From assembly GCA_964469765.1 (NCBI GenBank), contig CAYYAU010000001.1:1-30334 (forward strand): a stretch of DNA of 30,334 nucleotides. The letters run 5' to 3'. The notes below the pieces were generated by a model, which ran no database searches, had not been told where the DNA came from, and was given only the letters and a program-made list of their open reading frames with translations. Positions 8,465 to 16,559 of this stretch are shown here, piece after piece. The position numbers and the translations under genes were made by a program. Each line of letters opens with the position of its first letter. Within the stretch, counting starts at the first letter, position 1. This stretch comes from an uncultured Clostridia bacterium. Its GTDB lineage: Bacteria; UBA6262; WVXT01; CAYYAU01.

Positions 8465-8799
8465 TTGTATATATGTTTTGTATTGTAATGTTTTGTTTAG
8501 GAATCTACTGTATTTTAACAAAAAGAAATATTATTAAAATTATTATTGGCATTATGATAATAGAGTATTCCGTACATCTATTCTTTATTTTGGTAGGGTA
8601 TCGTATGAAGGGTAGAGCCCCTATTCTTTCGTCTAATGCAAAGATTTTAAATATGGTTGACCCTTTACCACAAGCCTTAGTACTTACAGCCATTGTGATT
8701 GGACTAGCAACAACAGCACTGCTTGTAGCATTTGCAATGAGGATATATGAAAAGTATGGGACATTTGATATAGATAAGATTAGGGAGCTAAGGGGATGA
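8461..8799 (+). CDS. mnhC: Na+/H+ antiporter subunit C (MrpC/MbhG/NuoK-like)
   Basis: RNIIKIIIG...VDPLPQALVLTAIVIG signature. ATGA overlaps at both ends. Confidence 0.9.
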   Translation: MIVYMFCIVMFCLGIYCILTKRNIIKIIIGIMIIEYSVHLFFILVGYRMKGRAPILSSNAKILNMVDPLPQALVLTAIVIGLATTALLVAFAMRIYEKYGTFDIDKIRELRG

Positions 8800-10298
8800 A
8801 TAATTATTATATATTACCTCTATTTACTGTTATACCATTAGCAGGTGCATTCTTAATCTCTCTTATTGGTAAAAGAATAAACAAAATTTCAGATATTCTT
8901 GGAATTTTCACATGTTTGTTACTCTGTTATATATCTTTTTTAAGTATTCATTTATATAATTTGTATGGAGTTTTAACTTATAATGTTGGAGGATGGAAAC
9001 CTCCTACAGGAATTGGTATGGTTTTAGACGGGTTTACTTCATTTATGTTGGTTGTAATAAATTTAGTTGCATTTTTAGTTGCTTTATATTCAAAGGACTA
9101 TATGGAGAAATTCACTTCAAAGGATAAGTTTTATACACTTTTTCTTTTAATGCTTGCGGGGATGAATGGAGTTATTATAACAGGTGACTTATTTAACCTA
9201 TTTGTATTTTTAGAGATTGCTGCTGTTGCAAGTTATGCATTGGTTGCTTTTGGTACAGAAAGGCATGAACTTGAAGCTGCATTTAAATACGCAATTATGG
9301 GAACAGTGGGTTCATTGTTTATTCTTTTAGGGATTGTTTTCTTATATAGTTATACTTCAACATTAAATATGGCTGATATGGCAGAGGTTCTTGCTCAGAA
9401 AGGAACAAACAGTATTGTTCTTATGGCAGGAGGCCTTTTTATAATGGGTTTTGGCTTAAAAGCAGCACTCGTTCCTTTTCATGCGTGGCTTCCTGATGCT
9501 CATCCATCTGCACCTGCACCAATTTCAGCTATGCTTTCGGGTGTTTTGATAAAGTCATTGGGTGTTTATGCAATATGTAGAATATTCTTTAATGTATTGG
9601 GTTTAACTTCAATAATATCTGCCATACTTATGTTTTTAGGTGTCTTGTCAATGGTTGTAGGTGCAATATTAGCAATTGGACAGTGGGACTTTAAACGACT
9701 TTTAGCCTATTCATCTATAAGTCAAATAGGTTATATTGTTTTAGGAATTGGTTTAGCCACTCCTCTGGGGATAATAGGAGGTTTATTTCATCTTTTAAAC
9801 CATTCCACCTTTAAGTCTTTATTGTTTCTTAATTCAGGTGCAGTGGAGTATTCAGTAGGAACTCGTAACTTAAAGGATATGGGAGGATTATCTCATAGAA
9901 TGCCTGTAACAACTACAACTGGTTTAATAGCATCTATGTCAATTGCTGGCGTTCCTCCTTTTAGTGGTTTCTGGAGTAAACTTATTATTATTATTGCTTG
10001 TGTAGAAGCAGGCAAGTTTCTGTATGCATTTTGTGCTGTATTAGTAAGCATACTTACTTTAGCAATGTATATGAAGGTTATAAGGTATGCATTTTTTGGA
10101 AGTTTAAAAGAGAAATTAAGAATGATAAAAGAGACTCCATTGTTTATGAAATTCTCTATGGTTGTGTTGGCGTTTATATGTTTGATAGGAGGAATATTAT
10201 TTATACCCTCACTAAAAGAGGTTTTCTTAAAACCAGCAGGCGACATTCTTTTAGAAGGAACAAAATACGCTACAATGGTTCTGAAAGGCATAAAATGA
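8796..10298 (+). CDS. mnhD: Na+/H+ antiporter subunit D (MrpD/MbhH/NuoN-like)
   Basis: GDLFNLFVFLEI, EAAFKY, KAALVPFHAWLPDAHPSAP, DFKRLLAYSSISQIGY and AGVPPFSGFWSK. Confidence 0.9.
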   Translation: MNNYYILPLFTVIPLAGAFLISLIGKRINKISDILGIFTCLLLCYISFLSIHLYNLYGVLTYNVGGWKPPTGIGMVLDGFTSFMLVVINLVAFLVALYSKDYMEKFTSKDKFYTLFLLMLAGMNGVIITGDLFNLFVFLEIAAVASYALVAFGTERHELEAAFKYAIMGTVGSLFILLGIVFLYSYTSTLNMADMAEVLAQKGTNSIVLMAGGLFIMGFGLKAALVPFHAWLPDAHPSAPAPISAMLSGVLIKSLGVYAICRIFFNVLGLTSIISAILMFLGVLSMVVGAILAIGQWDFKRLLAYSSISQIGYIVLGIGLATPLGIIGGLFHLLNHSTFKSLLFLNSGAVEYSVGTRNLKDMGGLSHRMPVTTTTGLIASMSIAGVPPFSGFWSKLIIIIACVEAGKFLYAFCAVLVSILTLAMYMKVIRYAFFGSLKEKLRMIKETPLFMKFSMVVLAFICLIGGILFIPSLKEVFLKPAGDILLEGTKYATMVLKGIK

Positions 10299-10798
10299 AT
10301 AAAAGTAGAGTAATTCTATTTTTTCTTGCGCTTATTGTGTGGTGTTTGTTGAACTGGAAACCTGATTGGCAACATATTATTATTGGAATTTTTGTTTCCG
10401 CAATTGTTGCTTTTTTAACAGGAGATTTATTTATTAATAGGCCTCATTTATTGAAACATCCATATAGATATGTATATTTTTTTGTTTATTATGCCCCAAA
10501 ATTTTTATGGGAATGTTTTAAAGCAAATCTTGATGTTGCATATCGTGTAATACATCCAAAGCTTCCAATAAATCCGGGTATTGTTAAGGTAAAGACTATT
10601 TTAAGGTCAGATACAGCCTTAACCTTTTTAGCCAATTCAATAACACTTACCCCTGGCACTTTAAGTGTGGATATTGATAAGGAGAATGGATTTTTGTATA
10701 TACACTGGATTGATGTTAAGGCAAAGGATATTGAACCTGCTACAAAGATGGTTGTTGAACGTTTTGAAAAGATTTTAAGCAGGATTTTTGAAGAGTAA
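10295..10798 (+). CDS. mnhE: Na+/H+ antiporter subunit E (MrpE/MbhA-like)
   Basis: Real start is most likely the ATG at 10295 (ATGA overlap with the mnhD stop), giving MNKSRVILF.... Contains KANLDVAYRVIHP..INPGIVKV and LANSITLTPGTL. Confidence 0.9.
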   Translation: MNKSRVILFFLALIVWCLLNWKPDWQHIIIGIFVSAIVAFLTGDLFINRPHLLKHPYRYVYFFVYYAPKFLWECFKANLDVAYRVIHPKLPINPGIVKVKTILRSDTALTFLANSITLTPGTLSVDIDKENGFLYIHWIDVKAKDIEPATKMVVERFEKILSRIFEE

Positions 10799-10815
10799 AA
10801 TTTGAGGATGTGTAA

Positions 10816-11184
10816 ATGAAAAAATTAAGATGGTTAATAGGAACAATTATTTTAATAATCATTTTAAGTTTGATTATATTAAGACCTCTTCCTTTTCTTT
10901 TTTATCCTGGTCTTCCTTATATAGGATTTTTAGGAAGAATTCTTTATATAATTATTCTTACCTGCTTTCTGTGTCTGTATCGTATATGGAAAGGCCCAAC
11001 AAGTGCAGATAGGATTGTTGCTATAGATATTTTAGGGATTCTTATTGTGGGATTATGTGCAGTGCTGACCATATCAACAGGTAGGTCCTGGTATATTGAT
11101 ATAGGTATAGCATGGGCACTACAAAGTTTTATAGGTAGTCTTGCACTTTCTAAGTATTTAGAGGACAAAGATTTTGATGAGTGA
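10816..11184 (+). CDS. mnhF: Na+/H+ antiporter subunit F (MrpF/MbhB-like), with hydrophobic N-terminal extension
   Basis: RIWKGPTSADRIVAIDILG motif and three core TM segments. Confidence 0.85.
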   Translation: MKKLRWLIGTIILIIILSLIILRPLPFLFYPGLPYIGFLGRILYIIILTCFLCLYRIWKGPTSADRIVAIDILGILIVGLCAVLTISTGRSWYIDIGIAWALQSFIGSLALSKYLEDKDFDE

Positions 11185-11214
11185 AATAAGCCACACATAT
11201 AAAAGAGAACCGTT

Positions 11215-11538
11215 ATGATAGATACAATAGGATTAATATTTATTTGTATTGGTTTAGCATTTGATATCTTTGGTTGTTTGGGTCTTATGAGACTTCCTGA
11301 TATATATACTCGTCTTCAGGCTGCTACAAAGTGCGTGACTTTAGGCACTTGTAGTATATTGTTTGGTGCATTTCTAATGGTTGGATTTACTGCTGCTGGA
11401 GTAAAACTTCTCTTATGTATTATATTTATCTTGTTAACTTCACCTGTGGCTGCCCACGCGATTGCTAAAGGTGCACATAAAGCCGGAATAAAGCTCTGTA
11501 GAGAAAGCACATGTGATAAATATGCTGAAGATAAATAA
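11215..11538 (+). CDS. mnhG: Na+/H+ antiporter subunit G (MrpG/MbhC-like)
   Basis: GLMRLPDIYTRLQAATKCVTLG and LLTSPVAAHAIAKGA. Confidence 0.9.
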   Translation: MIDTIGLIFICIGLAFDIFGCLGLMRLPDIYTRLQAATKCVTLGTCSILFGAFLMVGFTAAGVKLLLCIIFILLTSPVAAHAIAKGAHKAGIKLCRESTCDKYAEDK

Positions 11539-11544
11539 GCTAAA

Positions 11545-12159
11545 ATGAAACTACCAAAAGTAAGAGAGTTAATAGAGGCAATAAAGGCCATTATAAAAGG
11601 TCCTTATACCTCAAAATTTCCAAAAGAGCCACATACTCCTTATAGGAGTTTTAGGGGACAGCCTAAGTTTAATCAAGAGATATGTGTTGGTTGTCTCGCT
11701 TGTGAGGAGATTTGTCCTGTAGATGCAATTACTCACAAGGATATTGTTGATGAAAAGAAAAATGCTAAAAGAGTTATGATTCATTACACAGATGTGTGTA
11801 TATTTTGTGGTCAGTGTGAGGCAGTATGTATAGCTGAACATCAGGGAATTAAACTTTCCAATGAATGGGAGCTTTCATTTTTTGATAGAAAACAGGCATA
11901 CGAGACAATTGAAAAAGAGTTACAGCTTTGTGAAATATGCGGTGAGCCTATTGCTTGTAAAGACCATTTAAAATGGATTTCTAATAGATTAGGAGAACTT
12001 AGTTATTCAAGTCCTACATTGTATTTATCTCGTCTTAAGGATTTAGGAATAACGGATGAAAATATTGTCTCAGTATTAAAAGATAAAGGTCGTTCAGATA
12101 GAGTAAAAATTCTTTGTGCTCGTTGTAGAAGAGACACCACATTAACTACAAAAGAGTAG
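11545..12159 (+). CDS. NuoI/HycF/MbhN-like 4Fe-4S subunit of the hydrogenase
   Basis: GPYTSKFP, FRGQP, CVGCLACEEICP and CIFCGQCEAVC, plus extra C-terminal CEICG...CARC. Confidence 0.88.
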   Translation: MKLPKVRELIEAIKAIIKGPYTSKFPKEPHTPYRSFRGQPKFNQEICVGCLACEEICPVDAITHKDIVDEKKNAKRVMIHYTDVCIFCGQCEAVCIAEHQGIKLSNEWELSFFDRKQAYETIEKELQLCEICGEPIACKDHLKWISNRLGELSYSSPTLYLSRLKDLGITDENIVSVLKDKGRSDRVKILCARCRRDTTLTTKE

Positions 12160-12253
12160 AGAAAAAAATTGCAAAATGCAAATTTCTCATTTTAAATTTT
12201 TAAAATATTAATTTTACAATTTTCAATGAAATACAAAATTAATTTTAAAGATA

Positions 12254-12724
12254 ATGAAAAGCATATTCAAAAATATATTAAAAGGGAAGGTAGTTATTGT
12301 AGGGATTGGAAACATCCTTCGTGGTGATGATGCTGTTGGTCCAGAGCTTATAAAAAGACTTAAGTTAAAGATTAAAAATGAATCTCAGATTGAATTACTC
12401 GATGTAGGAGAAGCACCTGAGAATTATTTAGAAAAAATTGTAAAACAAACTCCTGATACTGTATTATTAATTGATGCAGTTGATTTTGGTGGTTCAGCTG
12501 GTAGTGTAACTCTATTAGAACAAGAAAGTCTTAAGGAAGACGGTTTAACCACACATAATGCTTCTTTAAAGTTGACTATTAAGTATTTGAAAGAAAGAAG
12601 TATAAACAGAATATTTATAATAGGAGTTCAACCAGAACAGATAAAGTTTGGTGGTGGTTTATCAAAGTCTGTAGACAAAACTCTTAATCAGATAAAAGAG
12701 GAAATAATTAAATGCATGAATTAG
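12254..12724 (+). CDS. hycI: Hydrogenase maturation endopeptidase, HycI type
   Basis: VGIGNILRGDDAVGP, GEAPENY, IDAVDFG, THNASL and IGVQPEQIKFG. Confidence 0.88.
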   Translation: MKSIFKNILKGKVVIVGIGNILRGDDAVGPELIKRLKLKIKNESQIELLDVGEAPENYLEKIVKQTPDTVLLIDAVDFGGSAGSVTLLEQESLKEDGLTTHNASLKLTIKYLKERSINRIFIIGVQPEQIKFGGGLSKSVDKTLNQIKEEIIKCMN

Positions 12725-13059
12725 GTATAGCACATGATTTGTTTGATATTCTAAACAAGAAGGCAAAGGAAAATAATCTGAAGAAAATAACAAAAGTCAG
12801 GATTAAAGTAGGTGTTGCTTCTGGAGTTGAAAAGGATTTTTTAAGACACAGTTTTGTTGACCATATATTTCCTAACACTATAGCTGAGGCAGCAGTATTA
12901 GAGATTACAGATGACCCTATAGAAGTGGTATGTAAAGATTGTAAAAAGAAGATAGAACAGCAACATTTTGTTATAAACTGTCCCCACTGTGGTAGTTACA
13001 ATATAGAAATTAATAGTGGTGATAGAGTATTTATTGAAAGTATTGAAGGAGAACATTAG
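12712..13059 (+). CDS. hypA: Hydrogenase nickel incorporation protein HypA
   Basis: N-terminal MHE Ni motif and zinc-finger CKDC...CPHC. Confidence 0.93.
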   Translation: MHELGIAHDLFDILNKKAKENNLKKITKVRIKVGVASGVEKDFLRHSFVDHIFPNTIAEAAVLEITDDPIEVVCKDCKKKIEQQHFVINCPHCGSYNIEINSGDRVFIESIEGEH

Positions 13060-13078
13060 AATTTAAAAAGGAGGATTT

Positions 13079-13366
13079 ATGTGCTATTCAGTACCACTTA
13101 CCGCTGCAATTACTACAACAATATTATGGAAGAGAAAAAAGACAGCTAAACTCTGGTGGCTTAATTTGCTATTTTATGGTGCTGCATTATTTGGAGTGAT
13201 TGACCACTTATGGAATGGTGAGCTTTTTCTTGTTTCTAAGGACTGGGTTAAGGATATAGGTTTAGGTATAGTAATAACTATTACAATATTTATCGTATGG
13301 AGTATAATGATAGTATTGGCAAAGATAGTTCCTTCTTTATCTTATTATTTAAATTTAAAAAAATAA
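13079..13366 (+). CDS. Hypothetical small membrane protein (about 3 TM)
   Basis: Strong AGGAGG RBS at about 13069-13074. Hydrophobic segments, N-terminal MCY, and a GVIDHLWNGELF stretch. No family recognised with confidence. Confidence 0.75.
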   Translation: MCYSVPLTAAITTTILWKRKKTAKLWWLNLLFYGAALFGVIDHLWNGELFLVSKDWVKDIGLGIVITITIFIVWSIMIVLAKIVPSLSYYLNLKK

Positions 13367-13383
13367 CCATACGGAGAATAAAG

Positions 13384-13926
13384 ATGAAACTGAATCTTAA
13401 TAAATGGTATAAAATCTTATCTCCAAGACCTGTGATTTTGATTTCTACTTTAAGTGACAAAGGGGTATCCAATACAGCGCCATTTAGTTTTGTAATGCCT
13501 GTATCTATTGAACCTGCTTTGATATCGTTTGCGTCACAACCTTCTCATGATACTGCTAAGAATATTTTGAGAACAAAGGAGTTTGTTGTTAATATTCCAG
13601 GATATAAGTTAATCAATAAACTGTGGATATGTGCAGAGGATTTTCCTTACGGAGTTAGTGAATTTGAAAAAGCAGGCTTGATTGAAGAAAAATCCTCAAA
13701 AGTAAAACCTCCAAGAATTAAGGAGTGTTTTGCTCATTTTGAATGCAAACTATTTAAAGAGTATACACTTGGTGACCATAAAGTGTTTTTTGGACGTGTA
13801 GTTTATGCCGATATAAGCGAGGAGTATTTTTCAAAGAACAAATATTTAATAACAAAAGCAAATCCTCTAATACATATTGGAGGAAATGAATTTGCCTCTA
13901 TTGATAAGATAACACTAGCTAAATAA
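13384..13926 (+). CDS. Flavin reductase-like (DIM6/NTAB, flavoredoxin-like) FMN-binding protein
   Basis: Start re-assigned to the ATG at 13384 (GGAG RBS, no overlap with the upstream gene). Contains PRPVILIST...NTAPFSF, HDTAKNI..TKEFVVN, PRIKECFAHFECK and GDHKVFFG. Confidence 0.85.
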   Translation: MKLNLNKWYKILSPRPVILISTLSDKGVSNTAPFSFVMPVSIEPALISFASQPSHDTAKNILRTKEFVVNIPGYKLINKLWICAEDFPYGVSEFEKAGLIEEKSSKVKPPRIKECFAHFECKLFKEYTLGDHKVFFGRVVYADISEEYFSKNKYLITKANPLIHIGGNEFASIDKITLAK

Positions 13927-13933
13927 ACTTTCA

Positions 13934-16282
13934 ATGTTAGGAAATAAAATAAAAAGAGTAAGAATAAACATCAACGGAAGAGTTCAAGGAGTTGGGTTTC
14001 GTCCTACAGTATATAGATATGCCAAGAATAGAAATCTTACTGGGTGGGTCTCTAATACATCCAGCGGTGTTGTGATAGAAGTAGAAGGAGACTTAGAAAC
14101 TATAGAAGGTTTCATTAACAGTATAAAAGCGTTTCCACCACCTCAAGCAAATATAACAAGCCTATCAACCTCTTTTCTGAATGTAAAGAATGAGAAACAA
14201 TTCACAATTCTTCCCAGTGTTACTCATTCTCAACCAAAGACACAAGTTTCACCTGATATAGCTATATGTCGGGATTGTTTAAAAGAACTGTTTAATCCAA
14301 ATGATAGACGGTATCTCTACCCATTTTTAAACTGCACTAACTGTGGCCCACGATTTACTATTATTAAAGGCATACCATATGATAGAAAGAATACAACTAT
14401 GAAGAAATTTAAGATGTGTCCTGTTTGTGAAGATGAGTATAATGACCCAATGAATAGGAGGTTTCATGCTCAACCCAATGCTTGTGCTGAATGTGGACCT
14501 AGAGTTCTATTAATAAAAAGCAAAGATAAAAGAGTCACTGTTTCAGATTATAAAGCTATAAAAGATAGTGTGCGGTTACTTAAACAAGGTAATATTATAG
14601 CTATTAAAGGATTAGGAGGATTTCATCTTGCTTGTGATGCAACAAATGAGAATGCAGTGAGAAGATTAAGAAGCAGAAAATATAGGGAGGATAAGCCCTT
14701 TGCAATGATGGTAAAGGATATTAATACTATTAAAAGATTTTGCGAAGTCTCTTTAGAAGAAGAGAAACTATTACTTTCCTCTAAACGGCCAATAGTCCTT
14801 CTAAAAAAAGTGCAAAATGTAAAGTGTAAACTGCAAAGTATAAAAAAGATTTCTGATGCGGTTGCTCCTAATAATAAGTATCTTGGGTTTATGTTACCTT
14901 ATACTCCACTTCATTATCTTTTATTTCAGGATTCATTATACGTTTTGGTAATGACATCAGGTAATATCTCTGATGAGCCCATTGCCTACAAAAACGATGA
15001 GGCTATTTTACGACTTAAAGGAGTTGCTGATTATTTCTTAACCCATAATAGAGATATTTACATTCACTGTGATGATTCAGTAACAAGGATTTTTAATAAT
15101 AAAGAGATAATTATCCGGCGGTCAAGAGGTTATGTTCCTCAACCTTTGAAGGTTCCTTTTTCTTTCAAATATGACACCTTAGCGTGCGGAGCTCATTTGA
15201 AGAATACCTTCTGTTTAGGAAAGGATAATGAGGTATTCTTAAGTCATCATATTGGTGATTTAGAGAATCTACAAACCTTCAGTGCTTTTGAGGAAGGAAT
15301 TGAGCATTTTAAAAAGATTTTTAAAATTAACCCCGAAGTAGTTGCTTACGACTTACATCCAGAATACCTTTCCACAAAATATGCTAAGGATAAATATCGC
15401 TTATCACTTACAACTCACCATTTTATACCTACCCAGCATCATCATGCACATATTGTAAGTTGTTTAGCTGATAACGGGTATTTTGGAAAAGTAATAGGTG
15501 TTACATTTGATGGCACAGGGTTTGGTGATGACGGGAATATTTGGGGTTCAGAATTTCTTATTGCAGATACAGTTGGATATAAACGAGTTGCACATCTTAA
15601 GTATGTTCCTATGCCAGGTGGTGAACAATCTATTAAAGAGCCTTGGCGGATGGCAGTTACTTATTTGTATTATGTGTATGGAGAGGATTTTCTTTCACTG
15701 AATATAGATTTCGTCAAAAGATTGAATAAGAGCAAATGGCAAATCTTAAAAAGAATGATAGAACAAAGGATAAACTCTCCTTTGACCTCTAGTATGGGAA
15801 GACTTTTTGATGCTATTTCTTCATTAATAGGGATAAGAGATACTATAAATTATGAAGCACAGGCAGCTATTGATTTGGAGATGAGAATAGATGAAGTTTC
15901 AAATTTCAGGTTTCAAATTTCAAATTATAAATATGCAGTTAGAAAAAAATATAATGTTTTTATTATAGACCCTAAAGATATTGTCATTGGAGTAGTGGAA
16001 GATTTAAAACAGTCTATCCCTGTAGGAATTATTTCATTTAAGTTTCACAATACTATTGCTGAGATTGTTGTGGATGTATGTAGGAGAATTTATATGAATA
16101 CGCACATTAAGGAAGTTGCTTTAAGTGGAGGAGTTTTTCAGAATATGTTTTTATTGGATAGGACATTTAATATGCTAAATAATGAGGGTTTTAAGGTTTT
16201 TATACATAATCATGTGCCTACAAATGATGGCGGAGTATGTTTAGGTCAGGCTGTTATTGCTAATGCTAAGTTAGGTGGGTAA
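13934..16282 (+). CDS. hypF: Carbamoyltransferase HypF
   Basis: Acylphosphatase GRVQGVGFRP, zinc fingers CRDC/CTNC and CPVC/CAEC, KGLGGFHLACDA, HHHAH, FDGTGFG, and PTNDGGVCLGQ. Confidence 0.97.
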   Translation: MLGNKIKRVRININGRVQGVGFRPTVYRYAKNRNLTGWVSNTSSGVVIEVEGDLETIEGFINSIKAFPPPQANITSLSTSFLNVKNEKQFTILPSVTHSQPKTQVSPDIAICRDCLKELFNPNDRRYLYPFLNCTNCGPRFTIIKGIPYDRKNTTMKKFKMCPVCEDEYNDPMNRRFHAQPNACAECGPRVLLIKSKDKRVTVSDYKAIKDSVRLLKQGNIIAIKGLGGFHLACDATNENAVRRLRSRKYREDKPFAMMVKDINTIKRFCEVSLEEEKLLLSSKRPIVLLKKVQNVKCKLQSIKKISDAVAPNNKYLGFMLPYTPLHYLLFQDSLYVLVMTSGNISDEPIAYKNDEAILRLKGVADYFLTHNRDIYIHCDDSVTRIFNNKEIIIRRSRGYVPQPLKVPFSFKYDTLACGAHLKNTFCLGKDNEVFLSHHIGDLENLQTFSAFEEGIEHFKKIFKINPEVVAYDLHPEYLSTKYAKDKYRLSLTTHHFIPTQHHHAHIVSCLADNGYFGKVIGVTFDGTGFGDDGNIWGSEFLIADTVGYKRVAHLKYVPMPGGEQSIKEPWRMAVTYLYYVYGEDFLSLNIDFVKRLNKSKWQILKRMIEQRINSPLTSSMGRLFDAISSLIGIRDTINYEAQAAIDLEMRIDEVSNFRFQISNYKYAVRKKYNVFIIDPKDIVIGVVEDLKQSIPVGIISFKFHNTIAEIVVDVCRRIYMNTHIKEVALSGGVFQNMFLLDRTFNMLNNEGFKVFIHNHVPTNDGGVCLGQAVIANAKLGG
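14811..14845 (+). repeat. Degenerate heptamer tandem repeat inside hypF
   Basis: TGCAAAA TGTAAAG TGTAAAC TGCAAAG TATAAAA. Confidence 0.7.
15395..15422 (+). repeat. Highly degenerate heptamer tandem repeat inside hypF
   Basis: TATCGCT TATCACT TACAACT CACCATT. Confidence 0.45.
15897..15931 (+). repeat. Degenerate heptamer tandem repeat inside hypF
   Basis: TTTCAAA TTTCAGG TTTCAAA TTTCAAA TTATAAA. Confidence 0.75.
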
Positions 16283-16288
16283 ACTAAA

Positions 16289-16504
16289 ATGTGTTTAGCT
16301 ATCCCAATGAAAATTATAAGAATAAATAGGGAAAATGCAACAGTAGAAATAAACGGTGTAGAACGTGAGGTAAGTCTACAACTATTGAATATGAATAATA
16401 TAAATATTGGTGATTACATTATAGTGCATGCTGGGTTTGCTATCCAAAAGATTAATAAAGAAGAAGCAAAACGCACCTTATCTATTCTAAAAGAGTTTAG
16501 TTGA
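16289..16504 (+). CDS. hypC: Hydrogenase maturation chaperone HypC
   Basis: MCLAIP N-terminus and GDYIIVHAGFAI. Confidence 0.96.
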   Translation: MCLAIPMKIIRINRENATVEINGVEREVSLQLLNMNNINIGDYIIVHAGFAIQKINKEEAKRTLSILKEFS

Positions 16505-16559
16505 TAAAATAATATGTTGATAAGTAAAATATTTTACACAGAAAAAAAGAGGCATAATT

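Noticed and set aside
9998-10294. 99-aa N-terminal extension of the MnhE ORF in the track
   Set aside because: It overlaps mnhD out of frame. The ATG at 10295 gives a normal-size MnhE with ATGA coupling.
2696-12159. Interpretation as complex I (Nuo) or as NiFe-less Mbx/Mbs sulfane reductase
   Set aside because: The large subunit has both Ni-binding CxxC motifs and a cleavable tail, and hycI/hyp genes follow.
13297-13383. Longer start for the flavin reductase
   Set aside because: It overlaps the upstream gene. The ATG at 13384 has a GGAG RBS and matches the family's N-terminus.
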